Source: Desulfotignum sp.
GTDB taxonomy: Bacteria; Desulfobacterota; Desulfobacteria; Desulfobacterales; Desulfobacteraceae
DNA length: 43,226 bases
Reading direction: 5' to 3'
Assembly: GCA_011389835.1 (NCBI GenBank)
Contig: JAABTO010000009.1
Span: forward strand, 1 to 43,226
Below are positions 19,697 through 28,508 of the stretch, piece by piece. The position numbers and the translations under genes were made by a program. A model generated the notes under the pieces. It was not told the DNA's origin, did no database searches, and saw nothing but the letters and a program-made list of their open reading frames with translations. How positions within the stretch are numbered: the first letter of the stretch is position 1; each line of letters starts with the position of its first letter.

Positions 19697-20872
19697 CTAT
19701 CTTTCCACTAGTTTGGATTTATTATTGTACCAGTTCATGAATACGGAGGTGGAAATACTGAAAATCAAATAGCATCCCATGATCATGGCCACGCCTTCAA
19801 TAGACTGACCGGTCTGGTTGATGGTGGTGTTGGCCACGGAAACAAAATCCGGAAAACCGATGGCAATGGCCAGAGACGAGTTTTTGGTCAGATTGAGCAT
19901 CTGGCTGGTCAAAGGCGGTATGATGATGCGCAAAGCCTGGGGTAGAATGACCAGGTTCAGGATATGGTTTTTTTTCAGCCCGATGGACATGGCTGCCTCG
20001 GTCTGACCCCGGCTCACCGCCTGGATACCGGCCCGCACCGCTTCGGCCACAAACGCGGAGGTGTAGATCACCAGCCCGAGAAGCAGGGCGATGAATTCCG
20101 GAGAAAGCATGATGCCGCCGGTGAAATTAAACCCGGTGAGTGACGGAACATCCATCTCCACAGGTGAACCGGCCAGTATCCACACAAGCAGGGGCAGGCC
20201 CAAGGAAAATCCCAGAAATGACCACAGCACCGGAAAATCCCTGCCAGTGTCAAATTTGCGTTTTTTTGCCCAGTGCTTGATCCAGAAAGAAATGGCCAGG
20301 CCGGCAATCAGGGCCAGGATCATATAAAAATAAGCCGGGTGGGATGCCGGCACAGCCATGGCCACCCCCCGGTTGCAGATGAACAGGCCGGCAAAGGGAT
20401 GCAGCGCCTGCCTGGGGGAAGGAAAGGTTTCATAAAACAGGGCATACCAGAAAAACAGCTGGAGCAGCACCGGAATATTCTGCATCACCTCGATGTAGAT
20501 CATGGCCATTTTTTTGACCAGCCAGTTGGTGGACAGCCGGGCCACCCCCACAAACAGCCCGATGATCAGGCACAGGACAATGCCTATAAAAGACACCTTC
20601 AGGGTGTTGAGTGCCCCCACCAGCAGGGCCCTGCCATAGGAGTCTGAAGCAGAATAGGGAATGACGCTTTCACCGATTTCAAAGGCTGCTTCAGATTGTA
20701 AAAACCCGAAACCCGAGGCAATGGATTGCTTTTCCAGGTTGGATACAGTGTTGCTCACCAGATACCAGGCCAGCAGCCCCACCATGAGAAAGGTGATTAC
20801 CTGATACCCTATGGCCCGTTTTCCCGGATCCAGCCAGAATGGTACTTTATTGTCTGAAATATGTGTGGCCAT
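19697..20872 (-). CDS. aapQ: Amino acid ABC transporter permease (AapQ/BztB-like)
   Basis: GFGFL..AAF.IGE, ALLVG.LNTL, NIPVLLQ, SPEF, GQTEAA, NLTKNSSL. Confidence 0.88.
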   Translation of the reverse strand: MATHISDNKVPFWLDPGKRAIGYQVITFLMVGLLAWYLVSNTVSNLEKQSIASGFGFLQSEAAFEIGESVIPYSASDSYGRALLVGALNTLKVSFIGIVLCLIIGLFVGVARLSTNWLVKKMAMIYIEVMQNIPVLLQLFFWYALFYETFPSPRQALHPFAGLFICNRGVAMAVPASHPAYFYMILALIAGLAISFWIKHWAKKRKFDTGRDFPVLWSFLGFSLGLPLLVWILAGSPVEMDVPSLTGFNFTGGIMLSPEFIALLLGLVIYTSAFVAEAVRAGIQAVSRGQTEAAMSIGLKKNHILNLVILPQALRIIIPPLTSQMLNLTKNSSLAIAIGFPDFVSVANTTINQTGQSIEGVAMIMGCYLIFSISTSVFMNWYNNKSKLVER

Positions 20873-20901
20873 GGTAAGGGAACATCTTTGCAGTTATTGT
20901 G

Positions 20902-20934
20902 ACCGTGGTGCCCGAATGTTAAGGGCACCACGGT
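20902..20934 (-). other. Intercistronic stem-loop after the substrate-binding gene (mRNA stabiliser or partial terminator)
   Basis: Perfect 12-bp stem ACCGTGGTGCCC/GGGCACCACGGT with a 9-nt loop. Confidence 0.7.
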
Positions 20935-20955
20935 GTCAGGGTAAGCTGTGGTTGT

Positions 20956-21969
20956 CTATCTTAAGGGGGATGCGTACATCAGCCCGCCGTTCGTCCACAG
21001 GGCGTTGAGCCCGCGGGGAAGTCCCAGGGCGGTGTCCGGTCCGACATTGCGTTCAAATATCTCGCCGTAGTTGCCCACCTGTTTGATAATGTTATAGGCC
21101 CATTTGTTGTCCAGGCCCAGCAGTTCACCCAGGCCCGGCGTGACCCCCAGAAACCGTTTGATACCGGGATTGCCGGAATCCAGCATCTTGTCGATGTTTT
21201 TGGAGGTGATGCCGAACTCTTCCGCCTGGATCAGGGCCATCATGGTCCAGTTCACAATGTCATACCACTGGTCATCCCCGTGCCGCACAACCGGGGCCAG
21301 GGGTTCTTTGGAAATCACTTCCGGCAGCAGTTCATAATCCGCCGGGTTCGGTGCCACAGATCTCTGGGCAGCCAGCTGGGACATATCAGAGGTCAGGGTG
21401 TCACACCGGCCGGCAAAAAATGCCTTGTTGAGTTCCGCCGTGTTCTCGATGACCACAGGGTTCCATTTCATGTTGTTGGCCCGGAAATAGTCAGCTGCAT
21501 TCATTTCCGTGGTGGTTCCGGGAAGGACACATACGGTGGCGCCGCCCAGTTCCTTGGCACTTTTCACCCCAAGGGCCTTGGGCACCAGAAACCCCTGGCC
21601 GTCGTAATAGTTGGGCTGGACGAAATTGAGACCGGACTTGGTTTCTCTGGACAGTGTCTGAGTGGTGTTCCGGCACAGCACATCAATTTCTTTGGACTGG
21701 AGTGCCGGCAGGCGCTGCACTGCGGTCAAAGCGGAGAATTTCACCTTGGATGCATCGCCGAACACGGCAGCGGCAACCGCTTTGGCTGTATCCACATCCA
21801 GCCCTTTCCACTCGCCTTTATCATCCGGCATACTGAAGCCGAAAACCCCGCCGTTGACACCGGCTTTGATATATCCCCTGGCTTTGACATCCTCCAGGGT
21901 ACCGGCCATGGCCATGGCAGCCAAAGCCAAAAAACTGATACAGACAACGACAATTTTACATGCTTTCAT
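20956..21969 (-). CDS. aapJ: Amino acid ABC transporter substrate-binding protein (AapJ/BztA-like)
   Basis: Start MKACKIVV after AGGAGG RBS; signal peptide; YYDGQGF, GTTTE, ISKEPL, QVGNYGEIFERN. The 633-aa track ORF is over-extended. Confidence 0.92.
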   Translation of the reverse strand: MKACKIVVVCISFLALAAMAMAGTLEDVKARGYIKAGVNGGVFGFSMPDDKGEWKGLDVDTAKAVAAAVFGDASKVKFSALTAVQRLPALQSKEIDVLCRNTTQTLSRETKSGLNFVQPNYYDGQGFLVPKALGVKSAKELGGATVCVLPGTTTEMNAADYFRANNMKWNPVVIENTAELNKAFFAGRCDTLTSDMSQLAAQRSVAPNPADYELLPEVISKEPLAPVVRHGDDQWYDIVNWTMMALIQAEEFGITSKNIDKMLDSGNPGIKRFLGVTPGLGELLGLDNKWAYNIIKQVGNYGEIFERNVGPDTALGLPRGLNALWTNGGLMYASPLR

Positions 21970-22173
21970 AGATACTTTCCTCCTGTGGTTGTGGATTGAC
22001 AAAATTAACATGGTTCGAACATGGAAAACTCCCATACAATGTCTTACCATACCCCCATAAATTATCAAGAATTTTTCTGGAATTTTATCCAAGAATATCA
22101 TTATAAGGTAAAAATTGGGCAAAAACGGGTATTTTGGTTGAAGCCGCAGGGAAAAGGGCGTACAGTAGCAGTC

Positions 22174-22833
22174 ATGAAAAAAATATCGCAAATCTTCCGG
22201 GAGCCGGTCAATGCCCTGTCCCATATGGCGGGCAGCCTGGCATCCATTGCCGGGCTGACACTGATGGTGGTCATGGCAGCCATCCACGCGGATGTCTGGC
22301 ACGTGGTGTCTTTTGCCGTTTTCGGTACCACCCTGGTGTTCATGTACACCACAAGTTTTCTCTATCACGGGCTGAACCTGTCTGCCAAAACCCTGGACCT
22401 GTTGCGGCGTATCGACCATATCATGATTTTTCTGGTCATTGCCGGATCCTACACCCCGTTGTGCCTGGTGCCGCTGCGGGGGCCCTGGGGGTGGTCTTTG
22501 TTCGGCATCGTCTGGGGGATGGCAGGTGCCGGTATTGTGATCAAGCTGTTCTGGATGCATCTGCCCCGCTGGATTTCCACTGTGATTTATCTGGGCATGG
22601 GGTGGTTGTGCATGGTTGCGGTCTTTCCGCTGGTGCAAATTCTGGGTCCGGCACCACTGACCTGGCTGGCGCTGGGGGGGATGAGTTACAGCGTGGGCGC
22701 GGTGGTGTATGCGCTGAAAAAACCGGATCCGTTCCCCGGTGTGTTTGGATTTCACGAAATCTGGCATATTTTTGTGCTGCTGGGCAGTGCCTGTCATTTC
22801 TGGCTGGTTTTCAGATATCTGATCGTTATGTGA
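22174..22833 (+). CDS. Hemolysin III/PAQR family membrane protein (TrhA/YqfA-like)
   Basis: EPVNALSH, S.LYH, RRIDHIMIF..IAGSYTP, HEIWHIFV; start placed at ATG 22174. Confidence 0.92.
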   Translation: MKKISQIFREPVNALSHMAGSLASIAGLTLMVVMAAIHADVWHVVSFAVFGTTLVFMYTTSFLYHGLNLSAKTLDLLRRIDHIMIFLVIAGSYTPLCLVPLRGPWGWSLFGIVWGMAGAGIVIKLFWMHLPRWISTVIYLGMGWLCMVAVFPLVQILGPAPLTWLALGGMSYSVGAVVYALKKPDPFPGVFGFHEIWHIFVLLGSACHFWLVFRYLIVM

Positions 22834-22855
22834 TCTGTCCCAAAAGGAGTGTTTC

Positions 22856-23431
22856 ATGCAGATTCATGATATTCGCAAATTGACTGATATGCGGCATTTG
22901 AACCTGTTCACCATTCAATATCAGGACAAGACCGGCACAGATAAAACCTGGACATACGCTTCCCGGTCCGGCCCGGCGGATGTCAGGGAGACCGTCCCGG
23001 ACCGGCCCGATGCCGTGGTGGTGGTGCCGTATCATGTCAAGGCACGCAAGCTGGTGATTATCAGGGAGTTCCGGGTGATTCTGGGCGGGTATCAATACGG
23101 TTTTCCGGCCGGGCTGCTGGATCCGGGGGAAACCGTGGTCCAGGCCGGAAAACGGGAACTGTTCGAGGAAACCGGACTCGGGTTGACCCGGGTGGTGACC
23201 CAAAGTCCGGCTGTGTATTCCTCTTCGGGCATGACCGATGAATCCGTCAGCCTGGTGTATGCGGAATGTGAGGGAACGCCTTCCAGCGCCCATACCGAGG
23301 ATTCAGAAGATATTCAGACACTGCTGGTCTCCCGCCGGGAAGCGGGCCGGCTGCTGGAGAGCCCGGACATCCGTTTTGACGTGAAAACCTGGATCGTGTT
23401 AAGGCAGTTTGCGGATCACGGAATGTTTTAA
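22856..23431 (+). CDS. NUDIX hydrolase (ADP-ribose pyrophosphatase-like)
   Basis: Nudix box PAGLLDPGE...AGKRELFEETG; SSGMTDE; AGGAG RBS. Confidence 0.9.
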   Translation: MQIHDIRKLTDMRHLNLFTIQYQDKTGTDKTWTYASRSGPADVRETVPDRPDAVVVVPYHVKARKLVIIREFRVILGGYQYGFPAGLLDPGETVVQAGKRELFEETGLGLTRVVTQSPAVYSSSGMTDESVSLVYAECEGTPSSAHTEDSEDIQTLLVSRREAGRLLESPDIRFDVKTWIVLRQFADHGMF

Positions 23432-23442
23432 GAGATCCTGTC

Positions 23443-25266
23443 GTGTTTTCCACGCTCATATATTTTCTGGTGGCATTGATCATATATGCCACATCCGAAC
23501 TGTTTGACGGCAATGATCCCGCCAGTGCCGCCGGATGGCTGGAAAGCCTGGTGCTGGCCGTGGTGTTTTTTCTGATCTGCCGCCTGAATTTCAAGCGCCT
23601 GTCTTCCTCTCGTACCAGACCCGGGAATGTCAATCTGGACCGGGCGGTTTCCAGCGCCATCTCCCGGCTGTCTGTTCTCGCACTGATGCTGTTTGGCGTG
23701 AACCTCTATGTGTTTCGTCTCAATACCGTGTTTTCCCATGTCCGGCTGTTTCAGATCATTCCCACCCTGGAAGCGCTGCTGTTTCTGGGATTGTTTGTCC
23801 TGTATCTGATCATGATCTGGGATGCTGCCTATCCGGTTCAGAAACCATGGTTTTCCCGCCCGGTGACCCGCAGGCAATACATTGTTTCCCAGTTGTCGTT
23901 TTCCCTGCCGGCATTGCTGCCCTGGCTGTGCCTGTCACTTTGTGTGGATCTCATCGGGCTCATCCCGTACCCCCCGCTCAAACAGGCGCTGATCCATCCG
24001 GCCGGTGAAATCGCGATGATTGTTCTGTTCATGGCCGGCATTGCCGTGTTCGGTCCGGTACTCATCAAAACCGTGTGGCAATGCCGGCCCCTGGAAAACG
24101 GCCATACCAGATCAAGGATCGAGGCGGTATGTCACCTGGCCGGACTGCGGTACGCCGATATTCTGGTATGGGACCTGTTTGCCGGCACCATGATGACCGC
24201 CGGTGTCATGGGACTGGTGGGCAGGTTCCGGTATATCCTGGTGACCCCGGCCCTGCTGCGGTCCCTGGATGACGATGAACTGGCTGCGGTCATTTTACAT
24301 GAAACCGGTCATGTGCACCACCGGCACATGCTGTGGTATCTGATCTTTTTTGCCGGATTCATCGCGTGCAACATCATGTGGTATGAACCGTTGATGCTAC
24401 TGGTTCTGGCGGCAGTGGCCCTGATTCCGGTTTCTTTTTTTCCCGAAACGATCGTGTTCCAGGTGCATTCGATTCTGATGGGTGCGGCTTTCATCAGTGT
24501 GTTCATCGTGTACTTCCGGTACGTGTTCGGGTTTTTCATGCGGCATTTTGAACGCCAGGCCGACCTGTTTCTGTACCGGTTTTTTCCGGATGCCTTTCCG
24601 CTGATCCGGACGTTTTACAAAATCGCCGCCGGCAGCCGTCAGGACATGGAGCGTCCCAACTGGCATCATTTCAGCATCGGGCAGCGCATCCGGTTTCTGG
24701 AAAAGTGCCAGGAAAACAAGGCCCTGATCATGGAATATCACAGACGGGTCCGGCTAATGACCGCGGTGGCCCTGGTCGGTCTGGCCAGTGTGTGTGTTCT
24801 GGGGTATCATTTGACGTATGGCCAGCTCAAACCGGGATTTGAGAATTTTATTGCCGGCCGACTGGTGTTTGAGCAACTGAAAATGAACCCTGAAAATGCG
24901 GACCTGCAGGTGGCGGCCGGAGACTATCACTATGCCCGGCAGAATTATTCAGCAGCGGTCGGTTTTTACGAAACCGCCGTGTATCAAACCCCGGATCATG
25001 TGCATGCCCTCAACAATCTGGCATGGCTTCTGGCCACCTGTCCACAGACCGATCTGCAGGACCCTGAGCGTGCCCTGGACCTGGCCGGCCGGGCAGTGGT
25101 CCTGGCACCGCAGTCCCCGTTTGTCCTGGACACCTATGCCGAAGCCCTGTTTGTCAATCACCGGATCGCCGAGGCCGTGGCAGCGGCGAAAAAAGCCCTT
25201 GACCTGTCCCGGGACCGCCGGGATTACTACCAGGATCAGGTCCGGCGGTTTCAAAAATACCTTTAA
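23443..25266 (+). CDS. M48 family membrane zinc metalloprotease with C-terminal TPR repeats
   Basis: Several TM segments, HETGH, FERQAD, HFSI..RI; TPRs ALNNLAW and LDTYAEAL. Confidence 0.87.
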   Translation: MFSTLIYFLVALIIYATSELFDGNDPASAAGWLESLVLAVVFFLICRLNFKRLSSSRTRPGNVNLDRAVSSAISRLSVLALMLFGVNLYVFRLNTVFSHVRLFQIIPTLEALLFLGLFVLYLIMIWDAAYPVQKPWFSRPVTRRQYIVSQLSFSLPALLPWLCLSLCVDLIGLIPYPPLKQALIHPAGEIAMIVLFMAGIAVFGPVLIKTVWQCRPLENGHTRSRIEAVCHLAGLRYADILVWDLFAGTMMTAGVMGLVGRFRYILVTPALLRSLDDDELAAVILHETGHVHHRHMLWYLIFFAGFIACNIMWYEPLMLLVLAAVALIPVSFFPETIVFQVHSILMGAAFISVFIVYFRYVFGFFMRHFERQADLFLYRFFPDAFPLIRTFYKIAAGSRQDMERPNWHHFSIGQRIRFLEKCQENKALIMEYHRRVRLMTAVALVGLASVCVLGYHLTYGQLKPGFENFIAGRLVFEQLKMNPENADLQVAAGDYHYARQNYSAAVGFYETAVYQTPDHVHALNNLAWLLATCPQTDLQDPERALDLAGRAVVLAPQSPFVLDTYAEALFVNHRIAEAVAAAKKALDLSRDRRDYYQDQVRRFQKYL

Positions 25267-25973
25267 AACCCCACCGGTAAAAAAACCATGCCGGCGGTCT
25301 GGTGAACGGTACGGGTAATCATGCGGTTGTTTCTGGAAGCCTCCAGACGGGCCATGGTGTCCTGTAGTGAAATCAGTTTTCCAAAAAGACGTTCAAAACT
25401 CAGATTCTGTATCGGCCCGCCGCATTGATTGGTTTCCAAAAACAGGTTGCCGGCCGGATCTCTTGTATTGGACAGTCGCCAGACAAGGATTTCAATATTA
25501 CGGGCACTGTTATAGAGACTCTGGGGATCCAGAAAATCCATGATAAACAATTCGCAGTTGCCGGCGTAGGATTCGTGAATCATGGTGTAAAGCCCCAGCA
25601 TGACCACGCGCACGCGGTCTCCGTCATAATCCGGGTCAAACCCCAGCCCGATCATATCTGCCCATTCAGACACTTGCGGCTCAGAAACGGTTGGCGGGCG
25701 GGACAAGGACAGGGGCGGGCATTGAAATATCTGCCGGATGCGGCTGTCGATGGTGGCTTTCGGCGCTTTCAAAAGCTCCCTGGCATTCATGAGATAGAGT
25801 TTTTCCGTCAGGGTTTTAAGCAGAGAAACCGCCTGGTTCAGATGAACATCTCCCACCACATCCATATCGGTCTTGGCAAGGTTCTGAAACCGGAAGTCCG
25901 AACTGCCGGCACAACCAAAATTTCCAAGGGACAGGATCAGGCAGATACCAAGAACGGAAAAAAAACGGACCAT
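25263..25973 (-). CDS. Hypothetical lipoprotein
   Basis: Start placed at MVRFFSVLGICLILSLGNFG-C (lipobox-like); 4 nt after the IscU-like gene. Confidence 0.65.
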   Translation of the reverse strand: MVRFFSVLGICLILSLGNFGCAGSSDFRFQNLAKTDMDVVGDVHLNQAVSLLKTLTEKLYLMNARELLKAPKATIDSRIRQIFQCPPLSLSRPPTVSEPQVSEWADMIGLGFDPDYDGDRVRVVMLGLYTMIHESYAGNCELFIMDFLDPQSLYNSARNIEILVWRLSNTRDPAGNLFLETNQCGGPIQNLSFERLFGKLISLQDTMARLEASRNNRMITRTVHQTAGMVFLPVGF

Positions 25974-25977
25974 TGCC

Positions 25978-26403
25978 TCAATGGGACCTGCCGGCCATGT
26001 ACTCCTGAACACCCTGATGCATGGTTTTGACCGCCAGCTGAATGCAGTGATGTTTTTTTTCCGGGATATTTTCAAGCCGTTTGAACACGTCTCCGTCATT
26101 GATGGTCAAGGCCTTGTCAACGGGCTGTCCCTTGACCAGTTCCACGACTGCCATGGCCGCGGATATGGCCCCGGCGCATCCGGTGATCTCGTACCGGACA
26201 TCCTGTATGATGTCGCGGTCATCCACCTTGAGATAGATTCTCATGATATCGCCGCAGGAGCCGACCTTTTCCGATATCTGACTGGCATCCTGAAGATGGC
26301 CCATATATTTTTTTTCAATGAAATAATTGATGGCCGGTGCCGCATAACCGGCTTCGGACAGCATTTTCCGCTGGGAGTTGATGGTGTCGATTTCCGTTGT
26401 CAC
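25978..26403 (-). CDS. IscU/NifU_N-like Fe-S scaffold protein
   Basis: Three Cys in SCGD, GCAGA and KHHC; GTG start at 26403 after AAGGA. Confidence 0.85.
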   Translation of the reverse strand: MTTEIDTINSQRKMLSEAGYAAPAINYFIEKKYMGHLQDASQISEKVGSCGDIMRIYLKVDDRDIIQDVRYEITGCAGAISAAMAVVELVKGQPVDKALTINDGDVFKRLENIPEKKHHCIQLAVKTMHQGVQEYMAGRSH

Positions 26404-26722
26404 AGGAGTTTCCTTACAGGTTTCCGGCTCAAGACGTATTGACAAAAGCCCGGTTTAACCGTGGATTCTGTCATCATGACGATCATGAGCATGTTCAAGT
26501 TAACGGACATAAAATACCGGATTTCTGTCCGATGTCAAGGAAAATGCCGGTCACTGGAAAAACAATGGAAAATAACACTTGTGAATTTAAACGGTTATGA
26601 TATGGTAAAAAAAATTACTTCACTACTGACGGACCGCACTTGCCGATATCCCGACAAGGGTTGACCGGGCGATATATAGATGTTGATGATCATTTTGGCA
26701 TACAGAAAAAGGAGATCCCGTC

Positions 26723-26953
26723 ATGAAAGAGTTAATCAAGTACATTGCGCAGTCTTTGGTCGATGATCCGGATCAGGTGGATGTCCAGGAAATCAAGGCT
26801 CAGCAGACGCTGGTTCTGGAATTACGGGTGGCCAAGGAGGATCTGGGAAAAGTGATCGGCAAAAAAGGCAGAACCGCCCAGGCCATGCGGACCATTCTTT
26901 CGTGTGCTTCCGCCAAGGAACAGAAGCGGGTCATTCTGGAAATCGTGGAGTAA
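26723..26953 (+). CDS. khpA: KH-domain RNA-binding protein (KhpA/YlqC)
   Basis: LVDDPD.V, DLGKVIGKKGRTA.AMR; AAGGAG RBS. Confidence 0.93.
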   Translation: MKELIKYIAQSLVDDPDQVDVQEIKAQQTLVLELRVAKEDLGKVIGKKGRTAQAMRTILSCASAKEQKRVILEIVE

Positions 26954-27019
26954 AACAATACCGTTGTCACAGGTGTGATTACGTCGCAGATGCATATCAT
27001 CGCAATTTAATCGAAAAAC

Positions 27020-27117
27020 TGGCGGAAGTGCATGGGAATCGAACCCACCCGGGACGGTATTAACGCCCCACATCGGATTTGAAGTCCGAGGGCCCCACCA
27101 GTGAGCCGCGCACTTCC
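27020..27117 (-). tRNA. selC: tRNA-Sec (anticodon UCA)
   Basis: 98 nt; 8-bp acceptor stem GGAAGTGC/GCACTTCC + GCCA; anticodon arm TCGGA-CTTCAAA-TCCGA; long variable arm; TTCGATT T-loop. Confidence 0.95.
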
Positions 27118-27141
27118 GCATTCACTCAATCAGATGCTGCA

Positions 27142-27170
27142 TACCTATACCGCATCCCTGATTTTGTCAA
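27142..27170 (-). promoter_or_regulatory. Putative sigma70 promoter of selC
   Basis: TTGACA-N17-TAGGTA about 25 nt upstream of the tRNA. Confidence 0.45.
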
Positions 27171-27330
27171 TCTCTTTTTCATTTGTGTGACACCGGAGGC
27201 TTGTCATGAATTGGCTGCCCCCGGCATTTTTTTGAAGACATCCCAGGTGAATTGGGTATGGTAATAATCACCAAACTCTAGTATAACCGCTGAACGTTAT
27301 TGCCAATGCAATCAGACCATGGAGAGCGAG

Positions 27331-28507
27331 ATGATAAATTCTCACAGATTGTCACAGCGGTTCATTCAGCTGGCTGAAATCGATTCTGAATCCCGGCATG
27401 AAGCCCGGGTGGCAAAAGAAATTGAAACAGCGGTTACCCGCATGGGCGCCACCGTGTATTATGACCGTGCCCAGGAAAAGACCGGCGGTGACTGCGCCAA
27501 CCTGGTGGCCAAATTCCCGGGCAACCGCGATGTACCGCCCCTGTTTCTGTCCGGACACATGGACACGGTGGTGCCGGGCAAAGGGGTCAAGGTGCGGTTT
27601 GACAACGGTATTTTTACCAGTGACGGCACCACCATTTTAGGGTCAGACGACAAATCGGCCATTGCCATCATTTTAGAGGTGATGGAAGTGATCCGGGAAA
27701 ACAACCTGCCCTGTCCGCCGGTGGAACTGATCTTTACGGTATGCGAGGAGATCGGGCTTTTGGGAGCCAAATACCTGGATCTGTCTTTGATCGATTCCAG
27801 ATTCGGCTATATCCTGGATTCCACAGACACCGAAGGCATTGTCACAAAGGCCCCGGCCGCCAACAAAATCTTTATCGACGTCATCGGCCGGGCCGCCCAT
27901 GCCGGCGCCGCACCGGAAAAAGGGGTCAACGCCATTTATGCCGCAGCCAGAGCCATTGCCGAGCTGGAACTGGGCCGCATCGACGATGAGACCACCTGCA
28001 ATCTGGGGATCATCACCGGCGGCATGGACCACCTGCAATCTGGGGATCATCACCGGCGGCATGGCCACCAACATTGTTCCGGAAAAAGTGGAGATCAAAG
28101 GCGAGGCCCGGTCCCATGATCCGGAAAAACTGGCACAGGTGACCCAAAAAATCGTTTCCACCTTTGAAGATACGGCCCGCATCCTGCAGAAAGGAGATGC
28201 CTTTCCCCGGGTGGCGGTCACGGTGACGCATGATTTTCCCAACACCGATATTCCGGAAAACCACGACGTGGTGGTGCTGGCCCGAAACGCCGCCGCCAAC
28301 CTGGGCAAAACCCTGGAAAGCAAAACCATCGGGGGCGGGGCCGATGCCAATGTGCTCTTTGGCAAGGGCATTGCCGCAGGCGTTCTGGGCACGGGCATGA
28401 CCGATGTGCACACGGTCAATGAATCCATTGCCCTGAAAGATATGGAAGACACGGCCCGTCTGGTGCTGGAGATTCTACAGATACATGCCACCGGAGATGT
28501 CAAATAG
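27331..28507 (+). pseudogene. M20 peptidase T-like protein, frameshifted (real lesion or assembly error)
   Basis: GHMDTV, LGSDDK, EEIGL and AHAG in one frame; TNIVP, EARS, GGADAN and VHT in another; the switch falls at a 37-bp duplication. Confidence 0.85.
27990..28064 (+). repeat. Exact 37-bp tandem duplication
   Basis: GACCACCTGCAATCTGGGGATCATCACCGGCGGCATG at 27990-28026 and again at 28027-28063. Confidence 0.97.
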
Positions 28508-28508
28508 C

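Noticed and set aside
21970-22857. N-terminal extension making the aapJ ORF 633 aa
   Set aside because: It is the antisense shadow of the hemolysin III gene. A strong RBS and a signal peptide place the real start at 21969.
26461-26664. 67-aa intergenic ORF upstream of khpA
   Set aside because: No RBS, no recognisable motif, and it overlaps probable promoter DNA.
27990-28064. 37-bp repeat as a CRISPR repeat or programmed frameshift
   Set aside because: There are only two abutting copies with no spacer, the unit is peptidase coding sequence, and there are no cas genes or slippery site.
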